Positions 1-10,970 of a stretch of DNA of 64,000 bases are shown piece by piece. Every line of letters begins with the position of its first letter. Position 1 is the stretch's first letter. The notes beneath the pieces were generated by a model, which saw only the letters and a list, made by a program, of their open reading frames with translations, searched no databases and was not told where the DNA came from. The translations under genes were made by a program, and so were the position numbers. The stretch is from Lophium mytilinum (taxonomy: Eukaryota): assembly GCA_010093605.1 (NCBI GenBank), contig MU004190.1, positions 1 through 64,000 of the forward strand. The letters are read 5' to 3'.

Positions 1-94
1 TAACCCTAACCCTAACCCTAACCCTAACCCTAACCCTAACCCTAACCCTAACCCTAACCCTAACCCTAACCCTAACCCTAACCCTAACCCTAAC
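1..94. repeat. Telomeric repeat tract (TAACCC)n, left chromosome end
   Basis: 15 perfect TAACCC units plus TAAC from base 1; the complement is TTAGGG, the usual Pezizomycotina telomere. Confidence 0.99.
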
Positions 95-575
95 TTTTTC
101 CTCTGCACTTGCTGGTTACGGGTTTCCCTTTCCGGGCACTCCCTACCTTCACGGGCTTTAGTGCAGCTTATCTATACGGGTTAGATTTGTATCTCTTAGG
201 GCTAGATACGAGTAGTAGCAGGAGCGGGCTAGAAGATAGAGCAGGTTAAGAGTAGATTGAGAACGGGAAAAGGTAGCAGGTGCGGGCTCGGGTTGAGAGT
301 GATACTGGGAGCGGAAGGCAGCAGAAACGAGAGCAGTACCGGTAAAGCAACGGGGAAAGGAGCAATATCGAGAGAGCAGCGAAGTCGAGAGCAGCAAAAG
401 CGGCATTGGGATTGAGAACACGACCGAGCGCGCGGTAGTAGGGGCGGCAGAGCAGCAGGAACGGGAACACGCTCGAAAGAGCAGCGGTAGAGCGCGAGGT
501 AGTCGAGGCTACCATCGACAGCGGAATTAAGAGGGCAGCGCGGACATGTTCCCGACCGTTATCTTTAGGGTTAGA
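95..575. other. Telomere-adjacent purine-rich tract with RIP-like composition
   Basis: Many TpA/TAG and repeated GAGCAG words. No credible ORF. Oppositely oriented TTAGGG at 196-201 and TTAGGGTTAG at 565-574. Composition judged by eye. Confidence 0.45.
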
Positions 576-1059
576 GCTCTACACTGAAGGGCCCTGATTT
601 CGGCGCTGAGCAGACTGCGGTCTCCATAACCGCTTATGATCTCGTTTTGGTCGAACTTTCATGGGTTGAAGTGCTGAGAAGAAGGATCTAACCTCGACGC
701 TTGGATTTCGCGTTCACCCCATATACACCACGTCGAGACCGCACAACGCGAGGAAGCTGCTCTAGAAAGGGAATGAAGCATTCGATTCACAGAATCTCAG
801 CAAGGCTCATCGTGTGTGACGGGTCCATCCGAGCGTGATGTCCAACGGGTAGTGGAATGACTAGGACCCTCCGGACGAGCAACCCAAGAGTCGCGATGTC
901 CCAGGTAATCGTCCAACTTATCACTCCATCAGTTAGATATGTGACGTGTTGGCAGGTTCGGGGTTTCCACGCCAGCAACTTCACAGCATCCGAGCCACGC
1001 AAACTTTGAATTAGAAAACAATTCATTTAAGCTAATCTACAATATACAGCGGGCAGGCT

Positions 1060-1357
1060 GTACAAATCGCTAAGAGCGAGCAAGACGCCTATGGGAGCGT
1101 GCAAATCGCTGAGGGCGATCAAATCGTCAAAAGACGAGCAAAACGCCTACGGAAGCGTGCAAGTCGCTGAAAGCGATCAAATCGTCAAAAGACGAGCAAA
1201 ACGCCTACGGGAGCGTGCAAGTCGCTGAAAGCGATCAAATCGTCAAAAGACGAGCAAGACGCCTATGGGAGCGTGCAAGTCGCTGAAAGCGAGCGAATCG
1301 TCAGAAGACGAGCAAGACGCTGATGGGAGCGTGCAAATCGTCAAAAGACGAGCAAAC
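1060..1357. repeat. 58-bp tandem repeat array (about 5 units)
   Basis: CGAGCAA anchors at 1077, 1135, 1193, 1251 and 1309 (period 58), then 1349 (unit lacking 18 bp). Consensus is about CGAGCAARACGCCTAYGGGAGCGTGCAARTCGCTGAAAGCGATCAAATCGTCAAAAGA. Confidence 0.97.
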
Positions 1358-1363
1358 GCGCGC

Positions 1364-3130
1364 TCAGAAGAACGCGGACTCACCTGACAGCGTGCGCGAC
1401 GACCCCGTGCCAGGCGTGCGTCGCGGGACGAGGTCGGTCTGCATTAGGACCTCGAGCTGGAAGTTCGCCGAGGCGACGTTCTCCAGCAGCTTCGCGTGGT
1501 ACAGCCGCAGGCTGTCCTCCATGCCCTTCTGGGCGCGGTCGCGGGCCTGAACCGCGGCCGCCTTGCGCTGCGTGAGGTACGCCTCGAAGCGCACCGCCTC
1601 CGTGGCGAGATTCGCCAGATACGGGGTGAACTTGAGGGTCCACTCATGCAGCTCGGCCCATTTCTGTTCGGACACGTCCCGAATCGAGCTGTTGTTCACC
1701 CCCGGCGGGTGGTGGCAGAAGCCGCCGCCCTGCGCGATGTGCGCATTACACAAGCGCGTGAACAGAATTTCGCCGAAGCTCGACTATTCCGGTGCCGAGA
1801 TTAGGTAGACGACGAAGTCCTTCATGCGGTAGGTGTCCTTACCATACTTTGCCATGCACGCCGCCTCTACCATCATCATAAGGTAGTTGGACCCCACGTG
1901 CTTGTCGTGGTTGGCCTGCCGCGCCTCTGCATTCCGGGCGTACCCAATATACTGCAGCGGCGGCCACAGTGGCAGGTCCTTTTGGTCTTCGGGGACCGCC
2001 TTGAGGCGCGCCTCAAGGTTGTCGCACCATTCTGCCTTGACCTGGCGGCGCTGCTTATTTCCTTCCAGGGTATCGCAGCTCAAGTATCGCCGCCAGCCCT
2101 CCGCAAGCTCCTGCTCACTGTGCGGGTTGTTGGGCATGGCGCGATCCATCCTCCGCGCGATATTCAGTCCTTCCTGCCCAGCTTTCGTGTACTGGCGGAT
2201 CCAGTGAACAATCCCCTCGAAATCGCGCGCCGTGGGACCGTGGCCGGTGCGCTCGTTGACCAGGACCCGCATGTACAGGGACGGGTGTTTCCCACGGCGA
2301 CTCTCGAGGAGGTCCACAACCTGGACGACTTCCTGGTCCTTGGTGTAATACTTGTGCGCGATGCTCCCGCCGACGAGCTCGCGAAGGACCGTTGGGTGCA
2401 CCGATGCAATGATCCGCATGGTGGCCTTCACCCAAAGCTCTTTCTTGACAAGCTGCATGAACGGATTCCGCGCCTGGTCAGCCTTCTCGTCCTCGAAAAT
2501 CGCGAGGATCAGCGCGTGCAGACTCGTCTCGAACGCGCGAGTGTACTTGTTCGGCGTCCGTCCGGCAAAGATAGTCGCAGGGTCGAACCCCTCCTGCGCC
2601 CATGCCGGCGCCACCATAGCAGATGGCTCCTCAGCTTCCAACTCTTCCTCAGACTCCGCTTCCGGCGGCTCTAAGAAGAGCTGTTTGAAATCGGCCTTGT
2701 TGGAATGGAGACGGCTCTTGATCTCCGTGAGCTGCTCTTGCAGAAAGGCCGCCTCCTCCTCTGCAATCTCCTCCTCTTCTGCTTCCGAGTTTGGGCTCGC
2801 CGTGCTGGGCACTTCGGGCTCTGGAGACGAACCCGAAAACGACGACGACCCTCCTACCTGCTCAGCGCTACCCGAGCCACGGGGACGCCCAGGGCCACGA
2901 GGACGCCCAGGGCCCCTCCCTCGTCCACTCCTGCTCCCACTCCCACTCCCTCTCCCGCTCCCTCTCCCGCTCCCGCGAGGACGCCCGCGAGGTCTGCCCG
3001 TCCCTCGCGCCCCTCGCCCCCCGCGCCCAAGTTCCTCACCTCCCCCGCGATCGCTTTCGCCGCGACTTGACTGACTCCGCGGCCAGCCATGGCGACAATG
3101 TTGTGTGTTGAGGTGAGGTGGAGTCGTCAA
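1364..3130 (-). pseudogene. AT-hook + GIY-YIG-like nuclease gene interrupted by one in-frame TAG
   Basis: ORFs 1784..3130 and 1364..1753 share a frame across TAG 1786-1784 (ISAPE*SSFGEILFTRL). The N-terminus has GRPRGRPRG, then an acidic tract. The core has HPSLY...YIGYA-x5-R-x3-H...GE...GGGF, which resembles GIY-YIG motif order. The start is uncertain: 3130 is TTG and the ATG at 3090 is out of frame. Confidence 0.6.
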
Positions 3131-3442
3131 CCTCGCACTCGCTTAGACGTCGGCTGCTCTGCCAAGACTGGTCGGCAAGTCGGCCCGCAACGCCGAGCAT
3201 CCCCAAATGGCCTGCTCAAGCGACGACACGCATCCATACACTACAGCATGTCTTTACGTCCGGTGAACGAGCGCTAAAATCAAGCCACAAACCTACCGTA
3301 TAAGGTAGCGATTCCGGACGCCCTTAGGGAGGATTAACAGCTGCCTAGCCAATGATTCTTCAAGCCAGCTCACTATTAGCCCAGAAGAGGAGGTTTACAG
3401 GGGTCGACTCAGTTTCCGCGCTAGTTCATCGGACGTGAAGAG

Positions 3443-3839
3443 ATGCTGTACTACACCAAAGACTCTGCCATGACTTCGCAGAGCAAGAAGCGCAAGCGCG
3501 CTGGCGGGCTCGCCGAAGACGTCAGCCAAGCCAGCAATACCTTCGGCCAGTACCGGGAGAATGCGCCGCTCCTAAAGAACTACGGGCTGCACACGCAATT
3601 GGCGGACATCGAGCGTCTCGAGAGGGAGGCCGAGAGGCTCGACAAGGTAATGGGTGAGTATGCAGGAATGCTTACCTCCCAGGAGTCGGTCCGGTCGCGT
3701 CTGGAAGGCCACTCCGACGCGATCAGGAAGATCGCCGGCGACGAGCTGCAAAGGCAGCACGACAAGGCCTTCGCAGACCTGCGGACGGAGAAGGACACAG
3801 ACATCGAGGCTCTGAAAGGGGAGCTCGCAGCAGTCAAAG
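3443..3839 (+). CDS. Coiled-coil protein with basic NLS-like segment (first exon; downstream exons uncertain)
   Basis: ATG-initiated; SKKRKR; heptad-like E/K/L-rich sequence. Probable intron GTACAT...TTTTAG at 3840-3888. Divergent from the nuclease-like gene. Confidence 0.45.
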
Positions 3840-3889
3840 GTACATTAATCTCGCTCAGTTCAACATGTACACTCTCTTCCATTTTTAGG

Positions 3890-4670
3890 CCGAGGACGCC
3901 TCTACGACCTCCTGCCGCTTCTACGACCTCGTGCCGCTATTCTGAGCGCCCCGACGAGCCGTATAGGTTCCGGATTAATACGTTTCGCGCGCGCTTGCCA
4001 CTGTTTGGAGCGCCTCGAAAGGTCGCCGACTCCCTCGCCAAAGACGCGTTTACGACTCGCGCCGCCGCTTGCATCGATTGGCCTTCGTGTTGCTTTTGTA
4101 CTCTCGAAGTCCTTGCTTGTTCAAGTAGGCGTCCTGTCTTGCCGAAACTGGGCGTAGATAGCTTCTGTGAGAAGTTTCTTATCAGCTTCGGCCAGCTGGT
4201 CCATCTCCTTCTCTTCATTTCCTACCAGTAACTTGATCGGTAACTTCTCAAAGACGTCCCTTTCAAGTCTCCTGGCTGCAGACCTTGTCAGGAGCTGTGC
4301 GGTATTCGACACCGCTCCGGGTAGTGGTTCGGAACTCGTCGCCACTCTGAGTGTGGTCGCGGTACTCGCCGCTGCTCCGGGTAGGGGCGCGGTCGTCTTT
4401 GGTCGCTCCGTGTTGCTGTTATGGTCATCTGGGTTAGCTAGGTCAGGTTATGAAAGATGAGGATCTTACGCTCTTTCCGGATCAACACCCTCCCTCCTTG
4501 CGCGAGATGAGCTCGTGCGCGCGCCCGCCAACGAGCTACTTCTTTGAGCCAGCCTCGGGCTGCTCTCTGCAAGAGCATCCTGCCCAGTCCAGGCTGCGCC
4601 ACGCCGCAAGTCCGAGAACGTGGACGCTGGCGAAGCTTGAGGAGGAAGCGCGAGGAGGTGTCGTGCAACT
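3890..4670 (-). pseudogene. Degraded orphan gene, convergent with the coiled-coil gene
   Basis: Intron-like GTAAGA(4469)...GCTAACCCAG(4429) joins IRKE to HDHNSNTERP...RDVFEKLPIKLL...RTPT*. Protein-like sequence appears to continue past the stop at 4121. No family recognised. Confidence 0.3.
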
Positions 4671-5789
4671 CTGATGAGTCAAAAATGGAGCTTTAACTAT
4701 TGCGCCAGTTGCTTCTAACACAGAAGACGGAGAGCGAGACGAAGGATGCCGAGGAGAAAATAAGAGGGAGAGGGAGGCGAAAAATGCCGAATGATACGAG
4801 AAGAGGAACTCATGCTCAAAATTGGATTCGGGATGCTGAGTCTGCAAAAGTGATGTCTTAGCTAAGACATAGAATGGCTCTCTAGCTTCTAAGATTGAGA
4901 AAGATAGAGACGTGAATCCAAAGATGGAGACTAAGACGGAGAATGTGGACGAGCCGACTGACGCGGTGTTCTAGAGGCCAAACTTCGAAGAAACCCAAGC
5001 TCAACCCGTAATGAAGTGGTAGTAGAACAATGTATATAGATGTTCGCATGCGTGCCTTACTGCCATATGGTCGGAACCGTAGCCTCACTCTGAGCCTATG
5101 TTAGGGTCACTCGTAATACTAGACAAGGAACAACGAGTGGTCATCGTCCTGGAAAGGCGGGATTTACCTGAGAACGGATATGTCGGGGTACGTTTTAGGT
5201 ATCACCGGCGCGAATGAAATGGAATGAGCGATCGCCGTGATGTAGGAATACTCGGTGATTGTCTGCTTTAGGGACTGCGTCAAGTTCCGGATATTCTGCT
5301 CGGCCTCGATGTCTCCGTGCTCCCTCTTCAACTTCCCTTCCTTCATCTGCTCTTTCTGGGCCTTTATCGTCTCTTTGTCACGCGTTGTCTTATAACCTGT
5401 AAGCCTCTATGCTACTAGATATCGGCGTCGCATAATGCCGGCCCATATGGCGCCGGAATGGAAGTCAAATGACAGACCGTGCTTGTTACTTGGAAGACCG
5501 TTGAAGCTATGACCAAGCCTGTCACAAGGGCTCGCAGGACGAATTCAGGTAGTCATAACGCCTCTCCCACGAACGTAATGAAGAATTGAAAGCTCCGCCA
5601 GCCTACTTGACGCATCTCCAACCGTGCCGGAGAAGTTGGAACGCCTAGCTACATTCATCCGGGACAGATGCCATCGAGTGAAAGGGGAAGGCAGCCCGTT
5701 GAGTCACCTCAACCTTGTAGTAGTGGTAAAACGTAGCTCCAGATCTGTCGTGCTCCTCGAGGTGCTGAATCTTCCGCTATGCTGTAACC

Positions 5790-7598
5790 TCAGACAAGCG
5801 ACAGCCAGTAGAAATTCCTGTTCACCTTCAAGTACTCTCCATGCATCAACCCATGGACATACGCTTCTCCCTTCAGGTAGTAAGTGTTAGGTAGCTCAGG
5901 ATGCTGTCGAAATACGAAAGGTACTTTAGCACCCTTCACAATACACACGGCATCGCCGACAGTCATGGAACGAGGTCCAAAGCCAACACGGCCTCCTTTC
6001 GTCGTGAATAGTTTCCTTCCGAGGGCCACCCTCCGTACCCTTTTCAAGTACATTTGAATGGCCAATGAAGGCTCGCCTATCTCCGGCAACCATGCTTGGA
6101 ACTCTTGAAAAGCTGTTCGATATCTGTCGGCCTCAGTTTTCCAACGCCGGCTGGCAAGTCGGTCGTGTATCAAAGAAAAGCCAGCGAGCCAATGGAGCTT
6201 GCTGTTCTGATTACCAATTATGTTACCAATAAAGATACGCCAGAGATCATCGACTTTGACGAAGTTCTCAGCAACGGCAGCGTAACTTTGCAACTGCACG
6301 AGGTTGCGCTGCTGCACTGAATCACGCACCCGCTCCCCTGGAATGTCTGCATCCTGTTCGTCCGTCCACTCTATATCACTGATTGTTTTTAAGGTATCCG
6401 CAATGATGCCCATTGTTCGCAGTCTCGTCGAGTCCCTTTGATATCCCTTCCAGTCAAATTTGGTTGTAGTCTGGACGTTAAAACCGGCGTGATACCCTTC
6501 ATGATCTGCCAGCACATTGGCTGTGGATCTGTAATGTAGATCCGGACACCAGCTTGGTAGCTTGGGATTGCGTTGGGCGGTGTCAGTCAGGCTCAATAGC
6601 ATCGCAGTGGTATCCTCCGCTAGCAGCATGCTCACAAATGGCGGATACAAATCTTCCACTTTTTCGCCCGGTTCCCATGTGAAGCCTTCCCGAAAGTATG
6701 GATCCATCAGACCGATTGTGCCGTACACCCGATCGCAGGGGTCGAAGCATATTCTTTGTCGGCAAACACGGATGAGATCTGTTCCAAGCGTCGTCGAATG
6801 TGTGTGCCGCACGACATTGATATTTAATATCTCCGTGAAGCCATCGCAAAACTCCAGTTGTCGGTCATGTCCCCGAAAGAGGCTGTAAAGGTCGAGTCGT
6901 TTGATCTCTATGGCGAGCTCCGACAAAACCTTCCAAGGTATTAGTTGTGTGCCGCAAACAAAGATAGCCTCGCGTGCCAAGGTCGCTTCTTGAAGAACCC
7001 ATAGCCGCGGCCACCAAGGACATCCAAATAGATGTCGAATGCCCGTGGTAAACGTTAGAGAAACTATCGAGTCGACTTCCCGGACTGGAGGCTTTAAAGC
7101 CTTAAGAAGAGCGGTGAAACTGCAGAGCTGCTCGACAGTACCTTTTATTTCGGGAATTTCCTTCCCGAGCCAGATCTAGCACCATTCAATTCGCGGTTAA
7201 CGTACCCTCATGGTATTATAAGGTCTTCCACTACTTACCAAGACTTTGTTTGCACTTCTATATATATCCGTCATCATCTGAAGTTGACTCATCTTTTCCA
7301 CTTCATCGCTTTGGTTGATGCACATGGCGTCAATCCAGATTGGGGTGTCGATCTGGTTTTTCAACTGCGAAAGCGCATGTAGCAGGTTTTCCCGTACAGG
7401 TAGATTTTGCGCATCGCATTGGAATGGAAAGGTCTCTGTGCTTGCGCCCCAAGTGTAGCTTAGGGCTGCGTACCCGACGTGACTGGACCGGTTCTTGAGG
7501 TTCACGTGCCTCATACGTGAAATACCGTCGGGCAAGAATTGAAGCAGGCGAATGTATCCTGGCTGGAGGGAATGATACTGGTAGAGAGGGAGCTCCAT
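5790..7598 (-). CDS. HET-domain protein (HET-6-like heterokaryon incompatibility family), about 581 aa
   Basis: Motifs IRLL, YAALSYTWG, WIDAMCINQ..EK..Q...M..IY..A..V and WWPRLWVLQE, then D-RVYG, LPSWCPD, GRKLFTT.GGRVG and GEAYVHGLM. One intron 7176-7238 (GTAAGT..TAG) restores an intact frame. Confidence 0.93.
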
Positions 7599-8873
7599 GT
7601 TGCTCTGATAGCACTAGGTGTATTGGTTATAGATATAGCAACAATGCAATTCAATACGTGGTGCTGCCACCCGGATTATCTCATTGTCTATTCCACAGCC
7701 ATTCTTTTCGATCGTCGCTAAACCTGATATATGTCGCTCTCCCTCGGGAATGTCATGCAGGTGGAGAGGCAGGATCGCGGGGTTTAGGCAGTCTGGGGTC
7801 GTACTTAGTACGAAGCGTGCTTAGTGCTACACTACAGAGAGCTTCGAATAGCTCTTTAGTAGCGACATTCCTGGACTTGCTCCCCGACTAGCTCAGATTT
7901 ATAAAATCGCTGGTTGCGCAAAAGTTAGAGAAGACGCCGTGGCGAAGGTAAAGCTTCTTGCAAAGAGATTTGTTTTAGTAGCGGGGCCACAGGTCTGCAG
8001 CGATGTCTCGGAGCGGCGGTCGAGGCACGAGGCTGTACGCGACCACGGCAAGATAGTGGGATCGGCGCAGATTGAAAGTAAATGGACGGCACGATCGCAC
8101 GGCCGTAGGAGGAGATTTCGCCACGTAAATTAGTATGATGAGGCTGAAGTGGGTGTAGCGAAGATAGAGTTCTGAGAGCTGAACTTTTCAGGGCTGTTGC
8201 GCCTCGGTTGCATCCTCCGGGCCAGCCTTGACATAAGCCACTATACTACTTTGGTGCATACAGTATTGTATTAACGGAGATTATAAATACGCCCACCCTT
8301 GCACGCTATTTAAAACTTACGTATTCGAGCGCATTAGGTCATTGATATGGGTGCATCAGCGGCTGATAAGTTAAATCTTGTCGCACTATTACGCAGGTGC
8401 CACAAACTGCCCCGTTCGATTAGCTAGAATATCTTGTTCAATAGAGAGTATTATATATAGAGGTTCAACAGTACTTTCCCTTTGTAATTTTGGTGCTCTT
8501 AGTCCTAGTACTAGGAAGATACTAAGCTGTCAATGACCTTGATCGCATCATGGCCCTTTCGCAACTTTTTGTCATCTAGGTACATGGCTTTTGTCACAGG
8601 AAGGGCGACTACCACGTCCGTCGAAGAATTGAGGTCTAAACTACCAAGTCACAAAGCCTCGCATTCTCGTTTTCATCGAGACTTACAGGGAAAGATGACA
8701 TCACATCGAGGACACAACGGGCTCGGGCGACAGAGCAAGCCATCACATCCAACTCGACCTATCAATCAAACCAAAGCTAACACAATTCAATTTCCCTCCG
8801 ACTTTTCGAGTCGCTCTAAGATACTGAGCTGACGTAACAAAACATTGACTTAGGATGGCTAACAGCTTTCGAG

Positions 8874-9022
8874 GAAACTTCAAGGGGGTTGAAAAGATGG
8901 TTACCAGCCGGATTCATCTCGAAGGCGTGCTAGAACAGGGATTTTCCGAATTGATTAAGAACGAAGACGATCATATCAAGATTCTCGTGACTCCGAACCG
9001 CAAGACTATTAATAAGGAGTAG
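8874..9022 (+). pseudogene. Orphan terminal exon of a zinc-binding (MDR, butanediol dehydrogenase-like) gene
   Basis: A GCTAAC branch site and an AG precede NFKGVEKMVTSRIHLEGVLEQGFSELIKNEDDHIKILVTP..TAG, a typical MDR C-terminus. No upstream exons are recognisable. Confidence 0.7.
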
Positions 9023-9577
9023 TATTATCTATCGAGTTCTTTATAGATTTTCCGCTAGCACTGAAAGCCTATATATATATAGTTGGGCTATCTCCGGTTT
9101 ATTTCTATGGTCTAGTGGCGGTCTTTTGTGCCGTAACCTACCTTGTAAGTTGGTAGACACGTATAGATTACTGCAAAAAGTTGCCCGTTCCGACCTTTTG
9201 TCTCCTGGCGGACTTACGAAGGATGCCAGGTATATCTGTAACCGCTTAAAGAAGCACGATGGTTATGATTGTCCGGGATGCCCGCATGTCTATTGTGCCA
9301 TATGCCGGAATATCCACTGTTGACCGACGAATCGTACGTACAAAGAACCGTGAAGCTCTCCCTAGTGCCCTGTATCTCGAATGCGGGGCATGTTGTCAGC
9401 CACCGTATGCTTCCATAATGCTATTAAAAGGAACACGAACCATTGATCGCAAAGTGGTACCCAGCCATTAACCTTGTCTACCTTTTCCATCTCCTTAAAG
9501 CGAACATGTATAACTGATACGTTTCCACGAACTTTCCAGGTGACTTCCAGCCTCTATCCTTTTAATTCTCTCCTAGC

Positions 9578-10970
9578 ATGGCGCCCAAAGTATTCCTGAC
9601 CGGCGCCAATGGCTTCGTAGCTTCTCACATCTTAGCACAACTAATCGAAGTAAATATCTTATCATCTTTCCTCCTCTCCTCTCACTCCCCCTCCCATTTT
9701 CGCAATCCTAACACAATCAAGCACAACTACGAAGTCGTCGCCAGCGTCCGCTCCCCCGCCAAAGCCGAAGAAGTTCTCGCCCTGCACCCCTCCTACAAAA
9801 CCGCCGCCCTTACCTTCACTTACATCGCCGACATCGCGACCGCCGGCGCCTTTGATCCCGCCTCCACATCCACTAACCCCAGCTTCGACTACGTAATCCA
9901 CACCGCGTCGCCCGTGAGCTTCAGCGTCAAAGATGCACAGAAAGACTTTATCGACCCTGCTGTGCAAGGGTACCTCCCCCAAGTCCGCTTTTCCCCACGT
10001 GACGAATATTAATAGCAGAGGCGCCAGGACAACCGCCATCATCGAATCCGCGCACAAGCTCGGCGGGGGCGACTCTAAAGCGCTTCGTGCTGCTAGGCAG
10101 TGCCGTTGCCGTGCTCAACTCCTTCGAGGACATGAGTAAAGCGAGGACGCCGTATACCGAAGCCGACTGGAATCCCGTAAAGGCCCCACTTCCCTCCACC
10201 CCCCGGCTCTTTTTTTTCCCCATCTTTTTTTGGATATTTACGTAGGTCCTAGGTTACGGCCGAATATGCCATCTCGCACAACGACATGGTCGCCGCCTAA
10301 AGCGCCGCCAAGATCCTCGCCGAGCGCGCCGCGTGGGGTTTTATGGAAACGGCAAAGCCAGCCTTTGACCTCGTCGTTATCAACCCGGATATCATCATGG
10401 GGCCAATGTTGCAGGCTGTTAAAAACGCGAAGGCTGTGAACGAGACGAATACGTTTGCGGTGTATAGCTTCTTCAACGGGACTAACAATGTTATCGAGGA
10501 GGTCGCGTTTCCGGTCTATCATTTTCTAAGCTTACCTTCGCCTCTCCCCTTTTATATTAGAGGACTATATGACGGAACTGTGGGATTGTGAGCTGAGCAC
10601 GAAATTATGTGTAGGTCGACGTCCGCGACGTAGCACGCGCCCACGTCCTCGCGCTTGAGAAACCCGCGGCAGCGAATAAACCATTCTGCTGGTTTCGGGC
10701 CTCATCACGCCGCAACTTGTCGCGAACCTGATCTGGAAGAATTTCCCGGAGCTGAGGGAGAGGGTCGCGAAAGGAACACCGGAGCAGATTTTGCCGAAGG
10801 GGGTGCAGCCGACAGGGTGGGATACAAGGCGGAATCTCGAGGTGTTTGGGCCGGATTGGAGGTATATTGGGTTGGAACAGAGCTTGATTGATACGGTGAA
10901 GTCGATTTCGGAGCTGGAGAAGGGGTGGAAGAAGGGTTGTAGATTTGGAGAGAATGACGTAGTTTTCTGA
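9578..10970 (+). pseudogene. NAD(P)-dependent epimerase/reductase (GRE2/ARI1-like extended SDR) pseudogene
   Basis: Motifs TGANGFVA, VIHTASP and VDVRDVARAH. Lesions: +1 G near 10065-10069; catalytic Tyr codon changed to TAA at 10298-10300 (AA*SAAK); donor CTAAGC at 10526 instead of GT; -1 frameshift near 10681. Confidence 0.9.

Noticed and set aside
660..1073. Possible degraded plus-strand gene
   Set aside because: Protein-like frame with two TGA stops and a possible intron, but no recognisable family; too weak to call.
1060..1357. CRISPR-like array
   Set aside because: Units are near-identical along their full length with no unique spacers; eukaryotic context; no cas genes.
1898..3111. Long plus-strand ORFs (1898..2674, 2352..3074, 2705..3070)
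   Set aside because: Antisense shadows of the GC-rich nuclease-like gene; low-complexity translations.
5164..5396. Minus-strand exon-like segment (CAG|...|GTAAAT) encoding a charged helix
   Set aside because: No flanking exons or family could be assigned.
95..5400. Telomere-linked RecQ helicase, MoTeR/Penelope retroelement or Starship captain
   Set aside because: No helicase motifs, RT YxDD context, or tyrosine recombinase/DUF3435-like ORF is recognisable.
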